From the NCBI GenBank assembly GCA_040954595.2, contig CM082584.2, forward strand, positions 11,684,552 through 11,748,551: 64,000 bases of DNA, written 5' to 3'. Source of the DNA: Balanoglossus misakiensis. Its lineage: Eukaryota > Animalia > Hemichordata. The notes beneath the pieces were generated by a model, which worked only from the letters and a program-made list of their open reading frames with translations, did no database searches and had not been told where the DNA came from. Below, one piece after another: positions 1 through 15,140 of this stretch (positions are counted from its first letter, which is position 1; every line of letters begins with the position of its first letter). The position numbers and the translations under genes were made by a program.

Positions 1-3000
1 TTATCCACTACTTTCTGTGAGGAGTCTATAAAGAAACAGAATTGTGTTTTTTTATGCCTTCTATTTTTGGAACCTGCGTCATGTTCTGCAGATTGCATTA
101 AATTTCCCTGCAGTGGTAGAATTTTACAGAAAAGATATCACTATATGATGGAAGTCCCTGCTGAGGAAACGCACTGAAGTATAAACTGGTCTTGGTGTGT
201 GCCAGGTAAACATGAGGAAAAAGACATGAATCTGTGGGAATAACACACACCGAAAGTTTAACGGGAAAAATTCTGAAATTGTTACCATTCTTAGGAGTCA
301 AGATGCTGGATAAAACTGAAAACATCCCTGATGACCAAGCAGGCCATTGGTGGAAAATCTACTGGGGGACAAATACTTGTTGGACCAGGCAGGAATGTGA
401 TCAACTCAGTGACACCTGCTCAATTGGCACGTTTCGGTGAGCAGGAGAATACAAACAGCTCATCATAGGAATCAAAATAACCCAAATAATGTGAAAAGTT
501 AGCAACTGTGTCCCTTTAAGGCAGAGAACCGGTTGAAGGAAGTGGTTGACATGACAAGACAGACTGCAATCAAGATGGAGAGCAGTCGCGAAGGACTACT
601 GAACGGAAAGAAAGGAGTCTGCTAGCTACACTGAAACCCACCATCTGGGAAAACATTCTGCAATGAAAATTGAAAGTCATAAAAAAAATTACATCAGAGA
701 AAAAAAATTACTCTGAGACACTGAAAGAAAGAACCTGATAGACAGTCATAAAACGACCACAGAAAACAATCAGAACAGACAGAAGATTGAAGGTACCCAA
801 ATATCACTGAGGGGAATTGTCTTTGAAATAATTATTACTGGTGAATATTAGACTGCCATCCCCTGTTGTTTCTAGTTGCCATTCCCGGAATTGAGCTCAG
901 GCAGAAGTCATGTTGCAGATTACCAGCACTGACCTGTAGTCTGTTTTTCACTGTAATTTATCTACTTTTTTATGAGTAGTGATAAAATGACAAGTCAGCA
1001 GATTTTTCTTTTCGCACAACTGTACTGTCATGTATTCCGGTTTAGCCTACGGTTGAGTGAAACTTCCAATGTAACATTGTGAATGTTTCCAACTTCATAA
1101 TTGCGCTGGGAATCTGATCTAGATGTTTTCTCTGATCATTTGCAGGGCAGGCAGGAAATCATACCTCATGTTGTATAAAAGTGAACAAAAAAATGAATAG
1201 ATAATTTGCGATTTTTATGACACAGCGTGAGAGGCAGGTGAAATTTGAGACACAAGTAGAACACAATTGTAAACAGTTCAATGCCAAGTGCACACACAAC
1301 AGAGTGGCTTGGAGTTGGATCAGCTGTCTGGATATGCGACTGTTAAAATACTGCATTGACTGGACAATTATGTTAGAAAGTGCTTGTTGCTGTGAGTGGA
1401 TGAGAATTGGTTGTTGTTGGAACACCTTGTCTGCCGAGTGGTAATCTTAACCGTACACTTGACTAGAATGCCGTTTGCATGCAGGGAGCAGTCATAGGGG
1501 AGTTTTTCTTTTCTTTTCACGGTTGATACTTGCATCTGTGTGTTTACTTAAAACAACTGACAACTGCACCATCATTGCAGTTTTGTTTCCAAATGCTCAA
1601 GTTTCTTGGCGTGCTTCCTCAAACAATTTAAAATACCCATGATTTGTCATGACGCAGACTTAAAGCATATATGTGAGGTGCATCGTTTGACAACTGAATT
1701 CAATGCCCAGGCAGTTGTCAACAATAACCACACAAATCCCACGCACACACGCTGTATTTGACAAACATGGCATTTCATGCAGCAAAAAAAAAAAAACAGT
1801 TTATAGAAAACAAACTGCTGTCAGATCGCGGAAAGAAACATGTCAGAAGTTACACGGCCTTTGACGACAAAATTGATGTGCAGAAGTGACCTGCTGACAA
1901 GTAACTGTTCAATCAGAGAAAATTGTGAATTGAGACGGAATTCATCCAGAGCCTGTGTGTCTCTCACAATCAGGCCGTCACTAGTATTATTATCATTTGG
2001 TGTCTTCATTGTACCTGCTGTGGCCGTCACTGAACTCGGATGAAACAGAGAAAATAAATGGTGCAGGCAATGTTTTGTGTCTGTCTTCTTTAAACAAAAC
2101 ATTGAACAAGCTTTGACTTTAAAGCATGAACTAAAATTCATATAGAAAAAAACAGAAAAAAAATATTAAAAGATGCATCTGTACTTTTTGATTGGAAGAA
2201 CTACAAATATGCCGATTTTTGGGCTTTTGTGAAAAAGATGAATTCAGTATTTGAAAATGATAATCGACTCGACCACAAAAAGACCATCCAAATATACCTA
2301 AAAATTTCCAATTATTGGATAATTACCATTTAACCAATATCAAGGACAATGTTGATATACTGTCTGACACTTCGAGTTCATTTCTCATCAAATATTTGTC
2401 CTTGATACATTAATGTAAAGGTCATTTCAACTAAGGCTTCATCACACTTTGAAGACGTGAAATAATTTGACAATTTTTAAATGGCCCGTGTGGGTGTCTG
2501 TATATTAACACTGTCACTTTAAAGAAATATAAAAAATAAAAGTTGTACTCAGAAAACAAACTTTCTGTTCTAACAAAAAGTAAGAATGCAAGATGGGTCT
2601 GCTTACAAAATAAACATGTGCCCACACTGTTTCATTAAACAAACAGTATAATTTGTCTTTTCAAAATGTAATTTCCAAATCAGGCTTGAAAAAAACACAG
2701 TGAACGACCGATTTGTGGGGGGCAAAAAAAAACCACAGAAGAATAAGAACAGATGTCAGAGTTGTTCACTTAAAACAGTCGCTGACAAAATGAATATACT
2801 CCAAAATTACAAGCCTGATGTCAAATGTTATTGAGTCTGTTCAATCAGAAACCTGACTGCGGCTAGCAACCATGGATAGCTGCCAATGAGATGTATACAC
2901 ACAGCCAGCAAAAATGAGCATGTATCTCTAAATGAGCATGAAATTTAATAGTATTTACACTGGGCACTACTTGTAGTCAGTATGATTCACAAACACTAGC

Positions 3001-6000
3001 AGGTGGATTTTTCATATTATGTTAAGCAGCCCCCGGAAACCGACGGCTCCGATGAAAGCAAATGTCATTACCATTAAAATGGATGTGTCGACCTGTGCCG
3101 AAGTTCAGCTAAAATTAGGCGCTGATCTGATCTCGCGGAGGTCGCAGACGGTCTTGATCTCTCGGAGTTCAAGAACGTGGGATTCATTCACAAGTAACAC
3201 CTTCTTTCATGCGGTAGAATCGTACTTGATGGGTTTGTGTGTGTGTTGGGGGGCAGAGGTTTGTCATTGCCGTGGAATTATTTCGATGGCTGCATCGGTA
3301 ATAAGAAGATAGACACAGTTGGGCGTTCAACGTGATCGTAATCCCAATGTCCTGAAATTGACCTCGCCCGGAAACAGACATGAATTTAACGACAAGAGCA
3401 AGCATGTTTGTTTGCACACAAGGTCAATTCATCTCCCCGACTCGTAAATCCAGACAGGTATTCTAACTTTGATTTTGACAGATCAAAAATACAATAGGAA
3501 CAGGCAATCAAGTCTCACTATATACCCACTCTGCAGAGAGGCAGACAAAACACAAACAGGGCTTTCAAATTTGCCAAAGTGATCAAGTCTGATCGCACGA
3601 CACACACTGCGTGATCAATCACGGAGGAAATTCAAAATTTGACGTTAACTGCTCTTTTTTCCCCAGCAACATCGCATGAACTCAAAAGATGGCAGCGACA
3701 GCCAATCACTCAACTCAAGCTATGAAACGTCCAAATCTACTAATTTCAGTAACATCAAGTCAATTGACTGAGTAAACACTGGCTACACTTTATCATGAGA
3801 TATTTGAGAGGGGGGGGGGGGAATCAAATCGGCTATTTTCATCATCATTTTGTTGATACATGACAGGGCTCTCATTTTCTCCTTTGCCAAAAGAGCTAGA
3901 TTGAGTTGTACTAAGGAGTATCCACGCGCTGAATGAAATGCGCATCAGAATAGATAATCACACAAAATGAGCAGCAGTTCCAATCAATGTTGATATATAT
4001 CACATGATCTGACAGCGCAGAAACGCAATACTGTCATCAGTTTTTTTCTCAAACAACATTCCTCGCTGTTTCTGCGACAACGTTTAACAGGGTAACATGT
4101 ACGTGTATATCCAGACTCGATAGAAATTCGCCGTCTGTTCAGCTGTTTTTTTATTTATCACATATCATGTACAATACCAGCTAGTATCTTGCCTACAGTA
4201 TTTCAGTCAGGATACCACGTCATGTTGTCAAAATTCAACAAGAATTCTTTCTAAACCTGCCAAGACGGAAAGACTTCGCACATGAAAGGAAAACCTGCAA
4301 TTATGTTGAAATAATTTCATCGCGTCGTGAGCTAGCTGAAACGTAATGCTGTTTTAACCGTAATTAACTGCACAGTCACGCGACAACACAAACAAAAATG
4401 CACACGCGTGGTAGGTCATACCTACACTACAAAGAAAACGTGTCTAAAGGAAGACCGATGAAATTTCCAATATCCGACGTGGTGCGACATTCTTGGGGCT
4501 TTCTTTTTTCACACCCACAAGGGGGAAAAAATCTTATAAAAGATGAATTTGTAAACATTGTTGGGAGGAGAGAGGTAAATCAAAGCTGTTGTAGAGATGC
4601 TCCGTGTATAGGGGAAATGTAATTCCATAGATGTGGTCCTAAAACCTTCTGATTTGTGTCTTCAACAAAAAGCAATCAGTCAGCAGAAAATACTACACCC
4701 ATAATGCCATGTTTGGGGGTTGTGCAGAAAAAAAGTCAAGAATATCAATCATGCCCCATCAAACACTGACATTTGTTTTGTCAGTACTAAACCATGTTTC
4801 CCCCTTTCTCCAATTCCCTTTTGGTAGGGAACTATAATAAAAAATACAATCACTGCAACAAAAATGAGCTGTTTGTAAGACAGGAAGGAGCTGTAGCTAT
4901 CTGGCTCTTAGCTTCACCTGCTTTTATGAATTCATGCAAGACGCGATGTCACTGACCTGACTCTTGTCATGTTTGCCATGACAGACACACAATTTTTTTG
5001 TCTGTTTTCTTGTTTATATCATTGATTTGAATTTGGAAAAACAGTAAGAAATATTAGTATTTTGACATTTGCATTTGCACGAAAGTTAAATTTCTAGGAA
5101 CTTATTACCGCCCTTTACTGTTTATAATTCTTCGCGCCCCCTCACAGGTGCGCCATGCACAAGCACGTACTCCTTGCTGAGATTTCAAAATGCATTTGGT
5201 TAACTTACAAGAGGCTAGTTATTCCTTGACAGTGATGTAGAATACAAAAGAACGGGGCAATGTACTCTTATACAAAGCCTATAAGTAGAACACGTGAAGA
5301 AAACAATTTGGTTTCTCGGCTAAACACCAGCTGAAATCAAAAGCTGTATTAAGTCCCGTCAACTTGATAAGTACAACAATGACTTTGATTGACAGGCCCC
5401 CCTCTTGGAGAAATCAGTTGTCATCGGTGACAAGTTCATCTGATAATGACTCCAGTGCTTCACACTATCGTCCATCAAACGATGCATTGATACATTCGGA
5501 TTTGACAATTCTTCTACCTCCCAATGGGTACTATCGAACAAAGCCTGCTGATGATTTCAACTAGTTGAAATTTCTTCATCAAAGTTTTAGTCTTTTAATT
5601 GAATTTCTGAGATCTTTATGATGCTGATCAATTCCAGTGATGATCCAGCAATTGAGAGACAAGCCACAAGTTTCCTTTTTGTGCCATTGAGGGCAGCCTT
5701 CATCACCACTGTCGCAAACACACAATGCAAACAACAATAAGCCTCTAGTAGCGATCGCCAGTCACTAATTCTTGTTTTCCATGCTGAAAAGAGCCTCCGT
5801 CCTCTCCCGAGACACAATCCATTTTTTATGCCCGTTTAATTTCGAACTTTAATCCTGTAAAGTCATCCCGTTTAAGATACGTCAGTACTTCTGACACCAT
5901 TCATATCTGGTTCTCTCTGCCGATGTCCCAAGTGTCCGTCTCTTGTTATTGTTCTCCCGAAAGAGACTTCATTAAAAATGAAATTGGCACAATTGCAAGA

Positions 6001-9000
6001 CACACCATGATTTCTAATAATCTTTATCTGAAGAACCATGATAATAATTCATGGCTGATAAAGAGAGTGATCGCCATGGCAGCCACGGGTGGAATTTCAA
6101 GATAAGAACAGCAGAGAAAGAATGACAGTGTGTTTCATTGCTGATAAAGTCGGACTTATGTAGAAGTCGATAAGGCTGTTGATATTACAGGTACTGAATA
6201 ACAATTCCGATGTTTATGATGACAGCTCTGGATCAAACAAAACCGAAATTGAAATCTTCTCCCCATCTCCTGTAGAGCAGTTTTTGTTTTCTGTCGTGAT
6301 CGACGCACACACAGAGCAATCCTCCTGCTGGTACAGAGTTAAAGTCACAGACTGCTGGGGTTTGGGTGAAATTTTCATGTTGGGGACCCCTGACCTCCCT
6401 AAAGGAAGGGGGAAAAAATATGAATTGCAGTCACAGAGGTCGGGGTTTACTTGTCATTTTTCCAAATTACATCATCAGTCATGAAGAAAAGTAGTATACA
6501 GGGAAGAGAAACACTGGTATGTACTGAATTAAAAGAAAACATTGCAAAAAAATGAACTGAATTATCCAAATGTCAAAACTAATCAAGGTGTTTGAAATAT
6601 TTCCTGTATTGTTCTGCGACAGAGACAAAGGCACCCGGAATATTTTGACTGCAAAAGCTCTCCTATCAGAGCTGTTCAGAAAGCCCATCAATCTACAAGC
6701 AAGAATCCCGAGTGAGAGTTAATACTGATGAAGTCGAGACTCCGCACGATCAGGTGGATGAAGAAGCCTATTGTCGCGCAAAGCGTCTACGCGAAAAAGA
6801 TAGATAGTTTGCTTATCAAGCAGCCTCCGACTCTGTTTCCCCGATAACACTCTATCATTTTGCCTGGTACTTTCAACAAACCCCCACAATGATTGTAAAT
6901 TGTCCCTCTAGTGCCTAACATGTCAACTGCCGCTTTCCCCATGTCACTCATACATCACAATGCAAAAAAAAAGCCACTCATAGTTTCCTCGCTAAGAACG
7001 TACGTACGTGTCCTGCTGGCTGACGCCACATCTGAATGCAAAATCAGGACGACGGGGGCACAATCATTTTCAGATCTCTCAAACTGTCGATTCTTCCCGC
7101 CTTTATTGTTTCATCAACTGGGCGCAGACATGCCACCTCATTTTTCTCTCTCCCCTTTTGTTGCACCGAGCTAAACACGATGGCTAATTGTTCTCTAAGC
7201 ACCTCAGAATCTCTAGCCTTCTCTTGCAGACACTTGTCTTTAAACTAAAAGGTCGTGCTACTTATTTTCTTTGTCAACCCCAAGAAAAAAAGACACGAAA
7301 AAAACCCACATCCAACCTCATCTGGTCATTAACTGGATGAGAATTGTCACTCATTTTGGCTTTTGTGAAAAAAAAGAAACTTTTCAAAAAACCTGACATT
7401 CCTATTAGCTGCTACTGAACAGAAGCCTGCACCTGCAACTGTACGGAGAAAACACACACACATACACCACGGATCATACAATCATATTCCGGGAATATCC
7501 TAGCTGCCAAACTGATACAAGTTAATTGACATCAAACCGCAGACATTTCACTCAAAGAGAGCAGAGCGTTTGATTTGCTCCATTGAAGAGTTGCCCATCC
7601 CCCAACGAAACCTGCCTATTATTACTGGTTTAATGCGCACGGCATGGCAGAACGAGACGCTTGTTTGGCACAAATTCTCCAGTCACAAGACTTGACGTGG
7701 ATGAAAGCCATAGCAGTTCTACAATGCATGTCTGCCAGCTTGATTAATACTTTATCACATCAAGGGAAGCAGACACTCGGCCGTGAAGAGAGATCTGGAG
7801 AGAATCGTTGTTATCACGTCAAAAAATCAACTGTCATCTTTCCATTTGAAAATTTCAGGCGATGGGGGAAATGGAATAATTTGGTTGTTTTTTCCTCCCG
7901 TCATTCTCTTTGAACGTTCATCAAGGAAACGAGAACGCCTTTCGAAAGCTGACACAAAGCCCGCTGAATACAATTTCCCCCACTGTTGAATATTTAACAC
8001 AAATCAAGGCTGAGACATTCGACAGTTGTATCAAAATTTAACAGGTCTAATTTCAGGCTGTCTTGGCGTGTGTCAGTTTCACGTGCCAATGCAATGAATG
8101 GTTTTCACTCTGTGGCTTTTACTGCGCACGTCATTCAGAGGTGAAAGACGTATATTCACGAGCGAGCGGGAAAAAAAACAGAATAAGCTGATTTGTGGGT
8201 TTAATTTTGGAGTCTGTAGTGAAATTGACATTGTCTATTTATAGTTTCCTGCGTTTATCGAGTACAAAGAAGGGACTATTTCCCCCTTCATCTACACCGT
8301 TATTCTAGCATTCCTTTTCTTTTTTCTTGTTAAATTGAAGTCACCAGAGGGAGGAAATTCAGCGACACGTCCTGTCTAAGATTGGAGCCGGGATGTGAAG
8401 GGAAATGCAAGGTCGCTCTGTTTTGACACTGGAGGAAATGAACACAGCAGACCAGTAGTCGAGCAAACAATGGGTTTGCAATGAGCGAAAGTTTAACTAG
8501 AATTAACTTTTTTCTACCGGCAGATTACGGCAGAGCAGTGGTTGCCATGGAAACCAATCATCTGCCGGGGCGTATCGTGTGTGTGTTTTGAGTAGTTGTC
8601 TCTGCGGAATAATGACACCGTCTGTCGTCCCCGGCAACAAAAGGAGCAATCATTGATTTGCACCTGTAGTGGGCGAAACCGAATATCTGGGCGAGGTGTG
8701 CAATCCGCACTCGGCATGCAGGCGAGGCGAGTGAATCAGTACCTAGGGGTTGTCGAGTCATCTCACTCGCCCTAGTGAGAATTACGTGGCCTTTACAAAC
8801 TGTATCGAAAATTCATAGCGTGGATCTCAGCGGATGGCTAATACACGTGTGTGCCTGTTCGCTTCTTTGCGCATTCGACACGAGGCAGGTTGACCCTCAG
8901 CGCTTGGGAGAAGATACGGCAATAAGGTATATCATCGCAGATGTACTAATGGGCAATCGTTAACAGCCTACATCGATGTGATAAAATCCAAACTATTTGA

Positions 9001-10869
9001 TGTAGATCATTGGATTTGTTGAACTGTGGGTCAACTAAAACATGCCAATCAAGACAGCATACTAGAACATGCAGTCAGCTGGGAAATGAAATAGAGGGGG
9101 ACGCGCACGTTCTTCATGTCCATGTTTTCCACACACACAAAAAAAGTTCCTGAGAATTTCATCAAATCGTTGCATGCGTCACACAAATCACACAACGATG
9201 ACGAGGTCTAAGCCACCCAGTCCACAAATAAGTTTCAAATGTCATTTCGAAATCGCCGGCTGAAATCAACAACTAAATCTCTGCTTTGTGCATGACTTGC
9301 GACTGCATTAAGGCCTAAATCCTGCCTGTTCTGAAAGTGATGTGCATTATGCAGAAGCTGTCCTCTGCAGGCATCCATCCCCTTCACACAAAGCTGCAGG
9401 GTATAGCCAGTGAGCTGCACAACTGAGAATTCAACTCAGAATAAATTGTCGTACCCAGAGAGCGTGTGCCGACTGCAACTTTCAAGTCGGCGGGAACACA
9501 GCAATATATATCAGTCGGCCCTGAAGACTTTTATTCTCAGGAGTCTGTGACGCCGGGTGCAAAAAAATTCCTGCCATAAATTGATATCTATGAGCTAAGA
9601 AAATACTTAAATTTGAATAATTAGAAATGAAATTAGCTCATATGTTTCAGGGGAAAAGTCTATTTTCGGGGGAAAGCCTTAATTTTCACAGGCACAATGC
9701 AGCTGTGCTGAAGGTAACAGAAAATTTAATTTCGCGTTTTCACTTTGGCATTTTCACAGCTTCTTCTAAAAAGCAAAATGTCAATTTTTTCACCTATACC
9801 CTCAACCAACCCGACTTTCTGCCAGAATCATGTACACACACACACACCACAATTTCCCCACGAGGATTGATGCCTTTAATTTATTTTCTTGGCTCCGGCC
9901 ATTTGTTTTATTTTTTCAGTGAGTTATTATCCTGGCTCTGGGCGACGAATGCAAAACCACTCTTTTCTGCTCTTTGCCTAGTCTATAAGTCAATTGCAGT
10001 CTTGATCTTCGGTGGAGATAGCGCGTTTTAAATCACACACAAAGTGATCTATAGACTGCCTAACTGCTGGACTTGAGTTGAGTTACAGAGTAGGCGATCG
10101 AAACACAGAAAACTTGTAAGAGTTCCTGCATTTGTATGCGCATCAAAACGCGCACCTACGTATATAAGCCACTGCACCGAGTTTTGCTACGGTTGGATAA
10201 AAAGTGATGCCCTCCAGTCAAATGACTAACTCTGCCACGTTTAATGATATCACTATGAAAACACAATGTAAAATTAAACCATTCTTCTAATCAGAGTTCC
10301 TGAAGTGTGAGAAAAATATCTATTGTGTTGGCGATTGGTTCTTGGGGGCAAAAAAAGAGACGATGGAGGCAACAGGAGCTGGGGCCAGTGACAGCTTTTG
10401 TTTGAAAGTGCAGAAAACAAGACGATCTACGTCTGTCTGCAAGGTATGAGGATTAAATGCCCTGCATACAGAACACCAGGTGCTTTCCCTGCAACGAACC
10501 ACTGCAACTGTAAACCTGAATGTACGATCCAGTTTCCAGATTGCACCCTGGCCGAGCCGTCGTCTAATTACCATTGATCGGTTCATCTTCCCCCCAAACG
10601 TCACCTGACTCACAGATTACGTTTTTCACAACAAGTAATTTGATCTGCGCTCGTTTTCTCACTGGAGGCTGAAGACACACTCATCATCTGCTGCAGACTG
10701 CCTCGTCTACACGCAAGGTTGATCTAACCCTGTAGATCAATTTTCTCTCTCCGTCTCCGGGAGATTCTCTCACACCTGACAGGGCTCTCATGCACAGCCA
10801 CTATTGGCAAACTTCTACAGTCAGTTCAACTTTACACATATCAGCTGCAACAACAACTGAGACATTTCT

Positions 10870-10959
10870 AGCCCTTTCCACCCCTATTCCAGAGTAAATG
10901 GGACCACCGCTTCCATTGAAAACCATTGGGCTGAACCAAAAGCATCTAATGATCAGGTT
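10870..10959 (-). mobile_element. Diverged copy of the ~90-bp mini-MITE
   Basis: Aligns by eye over its full length to the reverse complement of 16076-16164 (CCCTT..CAC.CC...GG.CCA.C...CCAT.GAAA.C...TGG...G.ACCAAA.CAT...TGA...GGTT). Confidence 0.55.
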
Positions 10960-13900
10960 GAAATGTCCCAATTTATTTCTTAAGAGCAACATCCTGTTGA
11001 AATAAAACTTTCACTCATATAGAAACCTTCCTACACTTAAAAAGTCTAAGAACTGTGAAGTTAATATCACAGGATGAAATTCCAGTGAGATCTGGGTTAT
11101 TGTGAAAATCAACAAGCTCAGCTTTGGGATACCAAGAATAATTAACCCATAGACGGCAAAATCACTCAAATGTGGAGCCAAGCCGCCTTGCTATCAATCT
11201 TCCTGAAAAAATTCAAACTTGGGAATATTTTCCAATAATATCAGGATGCACTGGAATGATACGCTTGTGTCAATTATGCTGCACGGCTACACATGTGGGA
11301 GATGGTTTATGATTGATGCGTTTGTACCTGTCATACAACAAAAAAACCTGTGCATGACACCTTCGCTGTCTGACAGACGAAACATGCTTGCCTTTTGGGT
11401 AAACTCATGAATGATGTAAACGCATAGAAACATCACCACTGAAATAACAGTACTGACTTAAGTTAATATTGTCCATGCAAAAAAAAGTTCAGGAGTAGAT
11501 TTCCATTCTTTGAATGACATACACTTTATTGTTTTTGTTTCATTTTCATTCACCAGCTGTGCTTGAGTAATTAATACTCTTTTACAAGTAACTCGGCAGA
11601 ATTCCGGTATGAGTTTCATTAACAATACATGTAGTTTGTTGAAGAAATGTGAAAACTGAAATAATCTGTGAAATTCTCACAATTTGAACACCTTGCAGTC
11701 ATAATTCTTTACTCTCTGACTAGATGAACCAATCTATCAACCATGATTTTCACCACTCACACAATGTGCTCATTCCCACTTGTTTAAGAAATAACATTAA
11801 AAAATAATGTATATCAGAAAACAAAATAGAAATTTACCTTGCATCAAAAATATTATCCCTGTCCCCTCAGGACGGCAAAGTGATATTACACAGGGTAGCA
11901 ATTTTAGTCTTCACAATAAGCAAAGCTTAGAAAAACCATCGGTAATCTATCTCTGTACCTTGATAATGGAAAATTGCAATGGAGTTCTCAATGCCCCTTT
12001 GTGTTTACAAAGTAATTGAAAACTATTATACACTGGATATTTCGGTCAAATTTTACGTCATTTCATTTACAAATGCGTGACAGCAATGCAGTCAGCTACA
12101 CTTCAGTATGCGAAATTTACACATATTAAATTTCAAAAGGAAAATAAAAAGAAGTCCATTGTGTTTTCTTGTTGGTTGATGCTGACTGAATTATTAATTG
12201 TTCTCATAAAAAAACACGACTTTTTATTCACGACTGATCCACCATGAATGAAACCAGGTTTCTAATTTGATGAGTTTGATGAAAAACGTCTCACAAAATC
12301 TACCTGCCTCTTTCATAACATTTCTATTAATGTCACCAACCACAGAAAGACAAAGGGGAAGCTTTATTTCGCAGTCAAAAATTACTTCACTGCATTATGA
12401 AAACTTTTTGCAACGTGATGAATGGTCCAAGATAATGAAATGCCATCTATAGTAAAGCATATCAATCTCATTTATAATATTGCTATTCCTGTTATCCTCA
12501 AAAAAATGAACAAAGGCCCATGCAGTCGATGATGTGACCTTTTCTTTTCATTTCTTTCCATGCGACATATATTCTCGATATGCAGATTTTTCTATCGTTC
12601 TATCAATTTTATTCTTTGCGTTATTGGTAACCTGAGACGCATTGAAAAGATTGGATATATTTTACGTTGTCTTGTTGAGCAAACTTTTACGGCATTGTTT
12701 TAATGACGGCAAGAGAGGTCACTAAATCATGTAATATCCAATAAAATCGCTATAATTCATTCTGAAATCCGCATTTATTCTTTGTGATATGATTATCTCG
12801 CTTGCTCAATATGTGACTCTAACCCCGCGAGGGCAGCTGATGCCAGCAGCATGATTGCAGGCACGTTTGCCTCGGGATTTTTCTTCGAAACGATTGCATC
12901 GCAGTGAATATGGTGTTAATCCGCGTTTTGGGGCGCTCGGTAGTTTAGATTCGATACTTGAACGCCCCCTTCTCTAATCTAAGCGGTTGGCAACACTGAA
13001 AGTGTCCATGTGTGACGGCCTGGTGTTTGTTTTGTCGTCGGAGATGGAACACTCGAAGGGACTGCACACAGACAGTGTACACACTAAAGTGTTTGCTGTT
13101 GCCTGTGCCTCGATTATGGCCGCACGGCGAGAGAGATTGGTCTCCAAGTATTCGAGCATTTCGTAGTAACCCCCCGCTTAATACACTGACTCAACTTGAG
13201 TAAATTGAATTTGGTGTCTGGGTGAGTGTGATAAATGACGGGCATTGGAGACACTGGGAGGAGATGGGTAAATAGCAAATACCGGCTCGAGATCTGTCTT
13301 GAGATCAGTCTGCAGGAAACCGGATAAGAGCACAAACACTTTCTTAAACATATAAACAAGAAACCTTGTCAGAAAGCAAATCGGCAGGCACTCCAGGGAC
13401 AGATGGATATACCGGACTTTACACGGATATCCCGCATGCCAGGTTGCACAGTTCGGAGAATTTTAAGTCTAAGATTTAATGTACAACTGTCAAAGCATCT
13501 ATCAAATTGGCACGGCCTACTCTCTTGGGGGGACAACCTTACCCCTGCAGAATTACGAACCCTAATCACGCCTGTGGATGCGCTTGATACAAATTGTCGG
13601 GTTACAGACTTTACTATCCTAGTTCAAGTTACAAGACTTTTATTTGTCCTCTGGGCTTGCAAAAATACCTTTTATGACAGATTTTATAAATTGGACCCCA
13701 TTGGGTGGTGGATTTAGGAAAAATATGTTCAGCCTACTGGGAGTTTTGACAACAAGATGCTTGAGGTCAGGCTAGGTCACTGCATCCGTACCTTGAACAT
13801 GATCTATACTTTGAAGTTTCCGAGTTGCAACGCCGTAAAAAAAGGATTGCAGTAAATCATTCATAGTCTTTTTAAGCTTGGATGCAAACAACTTAGAGAT

Positions 13901-14862
13901 GAGAAGCGTTTCCCTTGACAATTTTGAGATCACAAGACAACAAAAAACAAGGGCAAATGCTGAATAGCAAATCTGAATGCATGATTTATACCGGTTACAG
14001 GTAAATAAAACATGAAGCCAAGGGGAAAAGTCGAACGAAGACGTACACTATGGTGAAATATTGCTCTATAGCGCTTTATAGAATATACCAGTAATTAGGA
14101 TGTGTTTTAAACAAAATGCAACCAATTCAATATTGCAAATCATCTTTAGCGGTCCCAAAACACGAGAGCATGGCTTCCATGCCTCGCCCCGCTTGTCTCA
14201 CTGCACACAAAATGCAGAACAGAGCGGGCGATACACATCCACTGTCTCTATGCTGCATGATTGACAGCTGGTTGCGCATCTGTAATTAGATAACGTGTCT
14301 GTCTGGAGGTGACCGTGATTTCCATGAACAAATTCTGCAGCATTGCATGCTGGGTAGGAAAGGCCACCGTGCGCCATTTAAAATTACAAGAAGTGCTCCT
14401 GCACACAAAAAATGTATCTGAGAGGGAGATCCAAGACAGGTCCTAATTGTTGACTATCAGTTTTACCAAATTTTGTATTCTTTACCTGTAATTTCTACAG
14501 AAGACGCTTCTGTTGTATTTATTCCCACCAGTCTAATCTCACTCGAAAAACCCTAATCGAATCGCCAATTATTTGCCCCATCAATCTAATTCAACTTCAA
14601 ACTACAATGCAGACTGTACACCAATCCAAGACATAATCCAATTCCAGCCCATCTACAATTTCTCCCACGATCTCAAGGTATAGTCGACCAGATTGAAGAT
14701 CCAATATTGACACGATTCTTAACTACGGTTTTCGCATTCAACTCCCAACAAGAAGACTGTAACTACCCTTGACCTAAATATGAATCTATGCTCAGCTGGC
14801 AAATATATTATTGATGATACCAAGTTTTTGTGTTTTCTACAGAAGCCTTCAATGTTCAGAAC

Positions 14863-14950
14863 CACCCTTGAACCCCTGTTTTACCGTATGTGGTTCCATC
14901 ATCAAAGTTGAAAACTATGGAGTGGGCCAGACCACTCTGCTCACTGGGTT
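14863..14950 (-). mobile_element. Diverged copy of the ~90-bp mini-MITE
   Basis: ACCCTTGAACCCC...TCCA.C...TGAAAACTATGGA.TGGGCCAGACCA...GGGTTAA aligns to the reverse complement of 16076-16164 and retains TTAA at its right end (14949-14952). Confidence 0.55.
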
Positions 14951-15140
14951 AAAATACTCTCCCTTTGCTATGAGAACCTATTGTACTCAATCCTATTTCC
15001 CATCAGTCAAAATGACATGAATGTTTCTGCACACAAAGTACAACTTCACAAAACTTGGAGCAGCATCTTGAGTGTACGCAGCTAAATCAACACATCATTC
15101 ACAAATGTGTCATTTTGCTGCAGCTGAAAAACTTAAAAAT

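Noticed and set aside
503-519. CAACTGTGTCCCTTTAA resembling the end of a TTAA-targeting (Kolobok-like) element
   Set aside because: No partner terminus in the window; too short to support.
130-625. Possible plus-strand exons (130-205, 295-436, 521-625), one frame with in-frame TGC TGA GGA (C-U-G) suggesting a selenoprotein
   Set aside because: Joined frames end in stops within a few codons, the peptides match no family I recognise, and no canonical SECIS (ATGA-stem-AA-GA geometry) could be folded downstream.
5554-5571. Perfect 18-bp palindrome ATTTCAACTAGTTGAAAT preceded by CTGATGA (hammerhead-like core)
   Set aside because: About one palindrome of this size is plausible by chance in 64 kb of AT-rich DNA. 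Hammerhead stems I/III and the G-C closure of stem II are absent.
6726-6745. CTGATGAAGTCGAGACT hammerhead-like start
   Set aside because: No GAAA follows the putative stem II.
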